Assembly (NCBI GenBank): GCA_039190745.1
Contig: JBCCXZ010000009.1
Coordinates: 1-64,000, forward strand
Length of the DNA stretch: 64,000 nt
DNA from: Planctomycetota bacterium
Lineage (GTDB): Bacteria; Planctomycetota; Planctomycetia; Pirellulales; Lacipirellulaceae
Direction of reading: 5' to 3'
The stretch's first letter is position 1. Each line of letters begins with the position of its first letter. The position numbers and the translations under genes were made by a program. The notes under the pieces are model-generated. The model had not been told where the DNA came from. It searched no databases and saw only the letters and a list, made by a program, of their open reading frames with translations. Of this stretch, positions 43,550-51,333 are shown one piece after another.

Positions 43550-44680
43550 CTACCCGCGGGCGAGCGCGTCGCTCTGCTCGACGAAGTCGTCGCCGTCCCA
43601 CTCCTCGTCGGCGGTGATCATCCGCTGCCGCTCTTTCTCGGCCTTCTTCGCCGCCCGGGCCTCGGCCTGGCGTTTGACCAGGTCGGCGTGCGTGGTGAAG
43701 AACTGCAACGAGTGCCCGCGGAAGTCGTCGAGCGTCTCGAACCCGTGCTGCTCCATGAAGGCGAGCAGCTCCTCCTGCATGGTTTGCACGCAGCGGTAGC
43801 CCATCTTCATCACGCCGGTGCAGACCTGTACCGTGTGGCTGCCGAGCAGAATAAACTCCGCGGCGTCTTTGCCGGTCTCGACGCCGCCGATGCCGCTGAG
43901 CGTGCACTCTGGGAACTCGTCCCTCAGCACTGTGGCCACTTCCATACACATGCGCAGGGCGATCGGCTTAACCGCCTGACAAGAGTACCCGCCCGGCGTG
44001 GTGTAGCCCTCGACGTTCGGCTCGGGGCGGAGCGAGTCGAGGTCGACCCCAATAACGCTGCGGATGGTGTTGATCGCGGCGATGCCGTGGCAGCCCGCTT
44101 CGAGGCTGGCCCGCGTGGGGTCTTCAATGTGCGTGACGTTGGGCGTCATCTTGGCCCACACTGGCTTCTTGGCCACCTCCATCACCCAGCCGCACACCTC
44201 GCGGAGGATGTCGGGGTTCTCGCCCATCGCGGCGCCCATGCGGCGCTCCGGCAGCCCGTGCGGGCACGACATGTTCAGCTCGAACGAGTCGACCCCGGCC
44301 TCCTCGCAACGCCCGACGATCTCGTGCCACGCATCGCGGTTGTACTCTTCCATGATCGAGGCGATCAGGATGCCCTCAGGGTGCGAGTCCTTGAGCGCCT
44401 TGAACTCGTCGAGCCAGGTCTCGAAGCTGCGGTCGCTGATCAGCTCGATGTTCTCCCAGCCGTAGATCTCGTTCGACTCGCGGCTGCGGAGCCGGCCGTA
44501 GCGGGGCTGGACGTTGATCACCTTCGAGGCGTCGAGGCTGACCGTCTTGCAAATCACGGCGCCCCAACCGTCGTCGAACGCTCGGCCGATCACCTTGCCA
44601 TTGGTGCCGGGGGGGCCGGAGCCGATGACAAACGGGTTGGGGAGCTTCAGGCCGTTGACGGTCGTGGCGAGTGTGGGCAT
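43550..44680 (-). CDS. preA: Dihydropyrimidine dehydrogenase FMN subunit, plant PYD1-like, with no C-terminal ferredoxin domain
   Basis: NPFVIGSGPPGTN, NIELISDR, ELNMSCPHG, WAKMTPN, AINT, SGIGG and VQVCTG. Confidence 0.9.
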   Translation of the reverse strand: MPTLATTVNGLKLPNPFVIGSGPPGTNGKVIGRAFDDGWGAVICKTVSLDASKVINVQPRYGRLRSRESNEIYGWENIELISDRSFETWLDEFKALKDSHPEGILIASIMEEYNRDAWHEIVGRCEEAGVDSFELNMSCPHGLPERRMGAAMGENPDILREVCGWVMEVAKKPVWAKMTPNVTHIEDPTRASLEAGCHGIAAINTIRSVIGVDLDSLRPEPNVEGYTTPGGYSCQAVKPIALRMCMEVATVLRDEFPECTLSGIGGVETGKDAAEFILLGSHTVQVCTGVMKMGYRCVQTMQEELLAFMEQHGFETLDDFRGHSLQFFTTHADLVKRQAEARAAKKAEKERQRMITADEEWDGDDFVEQSDALARG

Positions 44681-44709
44681 GGCTCTGGCTTTCGATTCAA
44701 GAACAGTGA

Positions 44710-44851
44710 CTCTCGCAAAGGCGCGAAGGCGCAAAGGAGAGAGCCAAAGAGCTTCCTAAATGATGTCTTTCTGTTTTACCAAACTCGGCTATATACCTCT
44801 CGAAGAGCTAATGAAGACTCTTGATGTCTTCCCTTAGCGCCTTCGCGAGAG
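44710..44851. repeat. CGCAAAGG 8-bp-period inverted-repeat element with a short non-coding core
   Basis: CTCTCGCAAAGGCGCGAAGGCGCAAAGG (44710-44737) and CCTTAGCGCCTTCGCGAGAG (44832-44851). Confidence 0.8.
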
Positions 44852-44860
44852 CCTCTCCAC

Positions 44861-46216
44861 TCAGACTGTCAATTCCGAAAGCACCTCATCCAACGACGCG
44901 ACCAAGTAATCGGCGTCGTCCTTCGTGATGCACATCGGCGGTTTGATCCGCAGCGTGTTGCCGTACAGTCCGCCCTTGCCGACCAGCACGCTGCGTTCCT
45001 TCATCTTCTCCAGCACGTCGGCGGTCTCCGCGGCCGCGGGCTCTTTGGTCTTTCGGTGCTTCACGAGCTCGACGCCCAGCATGAGGCCCATGCCGCGCAC
45101 CTCGCCGATGAGAGCGTGCTTCTCTTGCAGCTCGAACAGCCGGTCTTTGAGGTGGCCGCCCACTTCCAGAGCGTTCTCCTGGATGCCGTCTTCTTCGATG
45201 ACTTCGAGCGTAGCCAGCCCCTGGGTCATGCTCACGGGGTTGCCGCCGTAGGTGTTGAAGTGCACGCGATTCTTCATCATCTGGGAGATCGGATCGGTCG
45301 TGGTGAACGCCCCCAGCGGGGCGCCGTTGCCGATGCCCTTGGCCATCGTGATGCCGTCGGGCACCACGCCCCAGTTCTGGTGGGCCCAAAAGTGCTTGCC
45401 TGTGCGGCCGAAACCGCCCTGCACTTCGTCGGCGTAGCACAGCCCGCCGTGCTCGCGGACGATGTCGTACACGATCTGGAAGAACTCCGGCGGCGGGGTC
45501 ACGGCGCCGCCGACGCCCTGGATCGGCTCGCCGATGAAGCACGCCACCTCGCCGGGGGTTTGGTACTCGATGACGTTCTTCACGTCGTGGGCGCACTTCA
45601 AGCCGCAGCTGGGGTACTCGAGGTTGAAGGGGCAGCGGTAGCAGTACCCCGCGTGCGTGTGCAGGATGCCCGGGGCCTGGTTCGACTTGAACCGCCACGT
45701 GCCGTGGGCGGTGAGGCCCATCGTGGTGGCGGTGCCGCCGTGGTAGGCGTTCCGCAGGCCAATGACGTCGGTGTTGCCGGTGTGCTCGCGGGCCGAGAGG
45801 ATCGCGACCTCGTTCGCCTCGCTCCCGGAGTTCGTGAAGTACGTCCGGTCGAGCCCCTCGGGCATGTGCGAGGCGAGCTTCTCGGCGAACTTGGCGATGT
45901 TTGGGTGCAGGTAGATCGTCGTCAGGTGCTGCAGCTTGCCGTTCTGCTCGTCGATCTTCTCGATCACCTTCGGGTGGCAGTGCCCGACGCTGACGGTGAC
46001 GATCCCCGCGAAGGCGTCGAGGTACCGCTTGCCGGTCTCGTCCCAGACGTACTGCATCTTCCCCTCGACCACCATCAGGGGGTCGCGGTAGTAGGTGATC
46101 ACGCCGGGCGAGACGTACTGGCTCCGCAGCGCGATGACCTCCTCACGCGAGGGGCCGTCGTAGGCCGCGGGCTCGTGGTCGATGATTGGCAACTGCAATT
46201 GGGCGTCGGTGGACAT
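44861..46216 (-). CDS. Class III PLP aminotransferase, AGXT2/PYD4-like (beta-alanine aminotransferase candidate)
   Basis: YLDAFAGI, GHCHP, TNSGSEAN, GEPIQG, ADEVQGGFGRTG, TMAKGIGNG and NTYGGNP. Confidence 0.88.
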   Translation of the reverse strand: MSTDAQLQLPIIDHEPAAYDGPSREEVIALRSQYVSPGVITYYRDPLMVVEGKMQYVWDETGKRYLDAFAGIVTVSVGHCHPKVIEKIDEQNGKLQHLTTIYLHPNIAKFAEKLASHMPEGLDRTYFTNSGSEANEVAILSAREHTGNTDVIGLRNAYHGGTATTMGLTAHGTWRFKSNQAPGILHTHAGYCYRCPFNLEYPSCGLKCAHDVKNVIEYQTPGEVACFIGEPIQGVGGAVTPPPEFFQIVYDIVREHGGLCYADEVQGGFGRTGKHFWAHQNWGVVPDGITMAKGIGNGAPLGAFTTTDPISQMMKNRVHFNTYGGNPVSMTQGLATLEVIEEDGIQENALEVGGHLKDRLFELQEKHALIGEVRGMGLMLGVELVKHRKTKEPAAAETADVLEKMKERSVLVGKGGLYGNTLRIKPPMCITKDDADYLVASLDEVLSELTV

Positions 46217-46237
46217 AGGTTGTTATTCGAGGGGAAT

Positions 46238-46272
46238 GGACAGGATAACAGGATCAGCAGGATGGACAGGAT
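46238..46272 (+). repeat. Four CAGGAT repeats (solo arm) upstream of the aminotransferase start
   Basis: GGACAGGATAACAGGATCAGCAGGATGGACAGGAT. Confidence 0.8.
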
Positions 46273-46278
46273 TTCGTC

Positions 46279-46372
46279 TCTCGCACAGGCGCAAAGGCGC
46301 AAAGGCGCAAAGAAGAGATTGAGTAGCAGATTCACTCTGGAGCGTTCTTTGCGCCTTAGCGCCTTTGCGAGA
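46279..46372. repeat. CGCAAAGG 8-bp-period inverted-repeat element
   Basis: TCTCGCACAGGCGCAAAGGCGCAAAGGCGCAAAG (46279-46312) and CTTTGCGCCTTAGCGCCTTTGCGAGA (46347-46372). Confidence 0.85.
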
Positions 46373-46387
46373 TTTCTTCTTTCCAAG

Positions 46388-47839
46388 TTACTCGGCGCCA
46401 ACATCCACATCCCCCACCTGGGGCGTCAGCACGCCTGGCGGTTCGCCGAGGCCGCGTTCTGCTTGCGTGCCGGGGATGAGGTTGTCCAATGCGATGCCCA
46501 GGATCGCCGCCACGGCCATGCCCGTCTTGCCGATGGCGCCGAGCAGCTGGCCAGAATCTCCCATTCTATCAAGCAACGCGGCGCCGGCCTCGCTATTGAA
46601 GTAGGCCGGCACGCTCAGGCCCATGAACAACGCGAAGCCGCTGATCAGCAGGTTGCGGTCGCTGTTCAGGTCGGCCTTCGAGAGCTGCCGGACGCCCACG
46701 GCGCTGATCAAACCGAACATCACGCAGTAGAGCCCGCCGACCACCGGCTGAGGGATCGCGGTGGCGATCGCGCCGAACTTGCCGAACAGGCCCAGGACGA
46801 TGAGCACAACCGCGGCGATCTGCACCACGTATCGGCTGCCCACCTTGGTGAGGCCCACCAGGCCGATGTTCTCTGAGTAGCTGGTGCTGCTGAAGCCGCC
46901 GAACACGCCGGTGAGCGCACAGCCGACGCCCTCGAAGCCGATTCCGCGGGAGAGCTCCTCCGCGGTGGGGTCGCCGCCGCCGGCCATGTGCTTGCAGGCG
47001 TGGTAGTCGCCGAACGACTCGATCATCGACGCCAGGTACCCCGCGAGCACCGCGACGATAAACGCCGCGCTGAACTGGGGCATTCCCCAGGGGAAAACGA
47101 CCGTCGACGTGCGGAACCACTCGGCGTCCTTCACCGCGTCAAGGCTCACCCGCGCCGGGTGCCCCTCGCCGTAAACGCCCGCGGCGGTCAGCACCGAGCA
47201 CAGGCCGACCACCGTAAGGATGGCGATCAGCATCGGGAACAAGCGGAACAGCCAATTGGTCTTCGAGAGCACCAGCGAGATGACGATGATGAGCACCATG
47301 GTGAGGATGCTCGTCGGCCAGTGCGACGCCGCGACCGGCGCCCCCGCCTGGTAGAGCGCCAGGCCGATCAGCATGATCACCGGCCCCACCACCACCGGCG
47401 ACAGGTGCCGCCGCACAAAGCCCATCAGGCCGGTGAAGCCGATAGCCATCTCGCACACGGCGCCGACGATCACCGCCCCCGCGATGTACCGCATGCACAT
47501 CGCCCCGTCGCCGCCGAGGCCGCCTTCCTCCACCGGCGCCACCACCGTGGGGATGATCACGCCGCTGAACGCCGCGAGGAACGAGAAGCTCACGCCCTGG
47601 ATGATTGGCAGCCGCGAGCCGAAGGTCGACTGGAGCAGCGTCGCCACCCCGCTGCAGAGCATCACCGACGAGATCAAGAGCGCGATCTGCGCGGGCGACA
47701 TCCCCATCGCCGGCCCCAACAACAGCGGCACAGCCACCGTCGAGCCAAACATCGTCAGCACGTGCTGCAGCGAGAGCACCACCGCCCGCCCGAAAGGCGG
47801 CTTGTCGTCGAGGCCGTAGATGATTTGCGGGGAAGACAT
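46388..47839 (-). CDS. NCS2 uracil/xanthine permease
   Basis: LQHVLTMF, RLPIIQG.SF, ESFGDY and the NAT signature ENIGLVGLTKVGSR. Confidence 0.92.
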   Translation of the reverse strand: MSSPQIIYGLDDKPPFGRAVVLSLQHVLTMFGSTVAVPLLLGPAMGMSPAQIALLISSVMLCSGVATLLQSTFGSRLPIIQGVSFSFLAAFSGVIIPTVVAPVEEGGLGGDGAMCMRYIAGAVIVGAVCEMAIGFTGLMGFVRRHLSPVVVGPVIMLIGLALYQAGAPVAASHWPTSILTMVLIIVISLVLSKTNWLFRLFPMLIAILTVVGLCSVLTAAGVYGEGHPARVSLDAVKDAEWFRTSTVVFPWGMPQFSAAFIVAVLAGYLASMIESFGDYHACKHMAGGGDPTAEELSRGIGFEGVGCALTGVFGGFSSTSYSENIGLVGLTKVGSRYVVQIAAVVLIVLGLFGKFGAIATAIPQPVVGGLYCVMFGLISAVGVRQLSKADLNSDRNLLISGFALFMGLSVPAYFNSEAGAALLDRMGDSGQLLGAIGKTGMAVAAILGIALDNLIPGTQAERGLGEPPGVLTPQVGDVDVGAE

Positions 47840-47840
47840 A

Positions 47841-47875
47841 GATAGGATAACAGGATCGGCGGGATCTACAGGATC
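47841..47875 (+). repeat. CAGGAT-type arm (left inverted repeat of the phosphatase cassette)
   Basis: GATAGGATAACAGGATCGGCGGGATCTACAGGATC; its partner is ATCCCGTCGATCCTGCAAATCCTGTC at 48307-48332. Confidence 0.75.
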
Positions 47876-48308
47876 AGTCGGATGCGGATTTCAATGTGCG
47901 ATAGGCTTCTCGGACTTCCGCCCAAAGAGAATCCTTTATGTCTACAGGCTTCTTGTCTGCGATGCGCTCTATCGCCTCGGCGGGGTCGATCGAAAGAACG
48001 TGAGCGAGGCCAAATGCAGCAACCGTTGGTGATCGAGACAAACCAGCAGAACAAGCGACAGCGGTAGGAGTTCCAGAATCAAGCAATCCGAAGACCGAAC
48101 GAAGTAGCAGCTTCAGCATGGATCGGTTGTTTCCTGCGCCGTCATTCAATGGATACCGAAGGTAAACGAATTCCCTTGGCAAACCGCATGGCTGCTCCTC
48201 GAGAGCCACATCAACGACTGCGGAAACACCCTGATCATGAAGCATCCGAAGATCGTTGAGGCCTGCTCGGGAACTCACCCAAAGCATGCCGGCATGAATC
48301 TCCGTCAT
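47874..48308 (-). CDS. Dual-specificity/tyrosine phosphatase-like protein
   Basis: AVVDVA.E, R.PLNDG and the CX5R motif ACSAGLSRSP; lower GC than the operon genes. Confidence 0.8.
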   Translation of the reverse strand: MTEIHAGMLWVSSRAGLNDLRMLHDQGVSAVVDVALEEQPCGLPREFVYLRYPLNDGAGNNRSMLKLLLRSVFGLLDSGTPTAVACSAGLSRSPTVAAFGLAHVLSIDPAEAIERIADKKPVDIKDSLWAEVREAYRTLKSASD

Positions 48309-48375
48309 CCCGTCGATCCTGCAAATCCTGTCAGTCCTCCGCCTTCCTCTGCGCACTCCGCGATCTCTGCGGTTC
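48307..48375 (-). repeat. CAGGAT arm (48307-48332) plus solo CGCAGAG arm (48347-48375)
   Basis: Minus strand reads GAACCGCAGAGATCGCGGAGTGCGCAGAG ... GACAGGATTTGCAGGATCGACGGGAT. Confidence 0.8.
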
Positions 48376-48385
48376 ATCCCCCGAC

Positions 48386-49258
48386 CTACAGCTCAACAAT
48401 CGAGCCGTAAGTCTCCGGCCGGCGGTCGCGGAAGAACTGCCACGTGTTCCGCACTTCACGGATCATGTCGAAGTCCATGTCCGCGATCACGATGTCGTCC
48501 TCGTCGCGTTTCTCGCTCGCGGCGACGAACTGGCCCCGCGGGTCGCAGAAGTAGCTCTGGCCGTAGAACTCACCGATCCGCCAGGGCTCTTCCCAGCCGG
48601 GCCGGTTGATGGCGCCGACGAAGTACTGATTCGCCACAGCGTGGGCGGGCTGCTCCAGCTTCCAGAGGTACTCACTCAGCCCCGCGACCGTTGCCGACGG
48701 GTTGAACACAATCTCGGCGCCGGCCAATCCCAGGCAGCGGGCGCCGTCGGGGAAGTGGCGGTCGTAACAGATGTAGACGCCCACCTTGCCGACCGCCGTG
48801 TCGAAGATCGGGTACCCCAGGTTCCCCGGGCGGAAGTAGAACTTCTCCCAGAAGCCCGGCGCGCAGTGCGGGATGTGGATCTTGCGGAACTTGCCCAGGT
48901 ACTCGCCCGTGGCGTCGATCACCGAGGCCGTGTTGTAGTACACGCCCGGCAGGTCCTCTTCGTACATGGGCACAACCAGCACCATCTGGTGCTTCTTGGC
49001 CAGCTCCATCATCAGCTTGGTCGTCGGCCCGTCGGGCACGGGTTCGGTCAGCTCGTACCACTTCGCGTCTTGCTCAGCGCAGAAGTAAGGTCCATAGAAC
49101 AGCTCCTGCAGGCAGCAGACCTGGGCCCCCTGCTCGGCGGCCTGGGCGATCATCTCGACGTGCTTGTCGATCATCGCCTGCTTGATCTTCTCCACCGGGG
49201 AGGTGGTCGGTTCGCAGGTGGTGGCTTGAATCAATGCGCCGCGGACGATCCTGGGCAT
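48386..49258 (-). CDS. Beta-ureidopropionase-like carbon-nitrogen hydrolase
   Basis: CLQELF, RKIHIP, FWEKFYF and YICYDRHF (E-K-C triad); pyrimidine catabolism context. Confidence 0.88.
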   Translation of the reverse strand: MPRIVRGALIQATTCEPTTSPVEKIKQAMIDKHVEMIAQAAEQGAQVCCLQELFYGPYFCAEQDAKWYELTEPVPDGPTTKLMMELAKKHQMVLVVPMYEEDLPGVYYNTASVIDATGEYLGKFRKIHIPHCAPGFWEKFYFRPGNLGYPIFDTAVGKVGVYICYDRHFPDGARCLGLAGAEIVFNPSATVAGLSEYLWKLEQPAHAVANQYFVGAINRPGWEEPWRIGEFYGQSYFCDPRGQFVAASEKRDEDDIVIADMDFDMIREVRNTWQFFRDRRPETYGSIVEL

Positions 49259-49408
49259 GCGGCTTTTCCTCTCTGGTGAGCTCGTTGTGTGGAAGATGAC
49301 GGGCGAAAATGCAATCGCCTAACCCTTGGTGCCGCCACTGGTTCTGCGGTATCGTAACGGATTCTTCACACAAATCCTAGCAATGCCTTTCGAGCCAACG
49401 AGGCCGCG

Positions 49409-50923
49409 ATGAGCACCCCAACCGCCGCCGTTCAAGAAGTTCCGATCCTCTCCGGGGGGGGTTGGTCGACCGTCGCCGCCAATCAGTACGAGGAGGTCTA
49501 CAACCCCTCGACTGGTGAAGTGATCGCGCGCACCCCGCTGTGCGACGCCGCAGCCACCGACGCGGTCGTGCAGTCGGCCGCCAAGGCGCTGCCCGCCTGG
49601 AGCGCGACGCCCGTGGTCGAACGGGCGCGGGTGATGTTCCGCTTCCGCGAACTGCTCGACAAGCACTTCGACGAGATCGCCGCGCTGGTCACCCGCGAGC
49701 ACGGCAAGACCCTCGCCGAGTCGCGGGCCGAGGTGAACCGCGGCGTCGAGATGGTCGAGTTCGCCTGCGGCATCCCTAGCCTGATCACGGGCCAGGTCCT
49801 GCCGAACATCGCCGGCGACGTCGACGCCGAGACCGTCCGCCACCCCGTAGGGGTGTGCGCCGGGATCACGCCGTACAACTTCCCGCACATGGTGCCGCTG
49901 TGGATGATGCCGGTGGCGCTCACCTGCGGCAACACGTTCGTGCTGAAGCCTTCAGAGAAGGTGCCGCTCTCGGCGGTGCGGCTGGGCGAGCTGCTGCAAG
50001 AAGCCGGCCTGCCCGAGGGCGTGTTCAACATCGTCCACGGCGGCAAGGAGGTGGTCGACGCGTTGCTCGAACACCCGCTGGTGACCGCGGTGTCGTTCGT
50101 CGGCTCCACGCCGATTGCTGAGTACGTCTACCAAGTCGGTACCGCGAATGGCAAGCGCGTGCAGTCGGCCGGCGGGGCGAAGAACCACCTCATCGTGATG
50201 CCCGACGCCGAGATGGATCAAACCGTCAAAGCGCTCGCCGCGAGCGCCTACGGCTGCGGCGGCCAGCGGTGCATGGCGGGCAGCTTTGCCGTGGCGGTCG
50301 GCGACGCGGGCGACGCCGTGGTCGACGGCTTGGTCGAGCACGCCGGCGGGTTTAACGTTGGCCCCTCCGACGGCGACGAGTCGGTCGATATGGGCCCGCT
50401 GATCCGCGGCGCGCACGTCGACCGTGTGGCCAGTTATCTCGACGTGGCCGGGGGCGAGGGCGCCAACGTCGCGCTCGACGGCCGGCGGGAGTTCGACTCC
50501 AGCGGCTTCCTGATCGGCCCCAGCGTGGTCGACCGGGTGAAGCCCGGTTCGCAGATGGCGTGCGACGAGATCTTCGGCCCCGTGCTGAGCGTAGCCCGGG
50601 CCTCGACGCTCGAAGAAGCCCTCGCGATGGGCGACGCGTGCGAGTTCGGCAACGGCGCCGCGATCTTCACGCAGAGCGGCCACGCCGCCCGGGAGTTCAA
50701 GCACCGCTTCAACGCGGGCATGATCGGCGTGAACGTCGGCGTGCCGGCGCCGATGGCGTGGTTCCCCTTCACGGGCTGGAACCGCTCGTTCTTCGGCGAT
50801 CTGCACATGCAGGGGCTCGAGGGCGTGCAGTTCTACACGCGGCAGAAGGTGACCCTCACCCGCTGGCCCAAAATGGCCGATTCGCACGCCGACCCGGTCT
50901 GGAAGTCTTCCGCCCGCGGTTAG
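49409..50923 (+). CDS. mmsA: CoA-acylating (methyl)malonate-semialdehyde dehydrogenase
   Basis: ITPYNFP, KPSEKVP, FVGST, GGAKNH, GQRCMA, EIFGP and GVPAP..FPF.GW. Confidence 0.9.
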   Translation: MSTPTAAVQEVPILSGGGWSTVAANQYEEVYNPSTGEVIARTPLCDAAATDAVVQSAAKALPAWSATPVVERARVMFRFRELLDKHFDEIAALVTREHGKTLAESRAEVNRGVEMVEFACGIPSLITGQVLPNIAGDVDAETVRHPVGVCAGITPYNFPHMVPLWMMPVALTCGNTFVLKPSEKVPLSAVRLGELLQEAGLPEGVFNIVHGGKEVVDALLEHPLVTAVSFVGSTPIAEYVYQVGTANGKRVQSAGGAKNHLIVMPDAEMDQTVKALAASAYGCGGQRCMAGSFAVAVGDAGDAVVDGLVEHAGGFNVGPSDGDESVDMGPLIRGAHVDRVASYLDVAGGEGANVALDGRREFDSSGFLIGPSVVDRVKPGSQMACDEIFGPVLSVARASTLEEALAMGDACEFGNGAAIFTQSGHAAREFKHRFNAGMIGVNVGVPAPMAWFPFTGWNRSFFGDLHMQGLEGVQFYTRQKVTLTRWPKMADSHADPVWKSSARG

Positions 50924-50978
50924 TGCCGTTCAAGCTGATGGGACTACTCAGCTCACCAATGCAATGCTGCGTGGGGTT

Positions 50979-51182
50979 AAGGAGATGTGGGGATGGGTGG
51001 AGATAAGGGGGATGGCCGCCGGGCAGCCAACGTACTCCCTCTCAAGCACCTGAAGCTGATGGCGTTTCTTGTTGGACGACATCACTGGGGCCGAGCAACT
51101 CGCAAAGGACTTTAGTTTGTATAAGGTAGGAATCCCCTCCAAATGCCATCTCCTTCATCCCCAGCTATCTCCACATCTCCTT
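50979..51182. repeat. GGAGAT-period inverted-repeat element with a ~128 bp AT-richer core
   Basis: 38-bp arms at 50979-51016 and 51145-51182 pair at 31/38 positions, or 35/38 counting G-U on the + strand. Confidence 0.85.
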
Positions 51183-51333
51183 TTTCTTACCTGCGTTCCC
51201 GCTAGCTCGAATCAAGGCGTAATCCTGATATCCTCGGTGACCCACGTGCCGTCGATTCAGTGATCGATTACCATGATCCGTGCCGCCGGCGGGGCGTAGC
51301 TCGCCGGCTAGGAATCCACGAATAGAGATAACG

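Noticed and set aside
41672..51182. Repeat clusters as a CRISPR array
   Set aside because: Units are 8-9 bp with no 25-40 bp unique spacers, and there are no cas genes.
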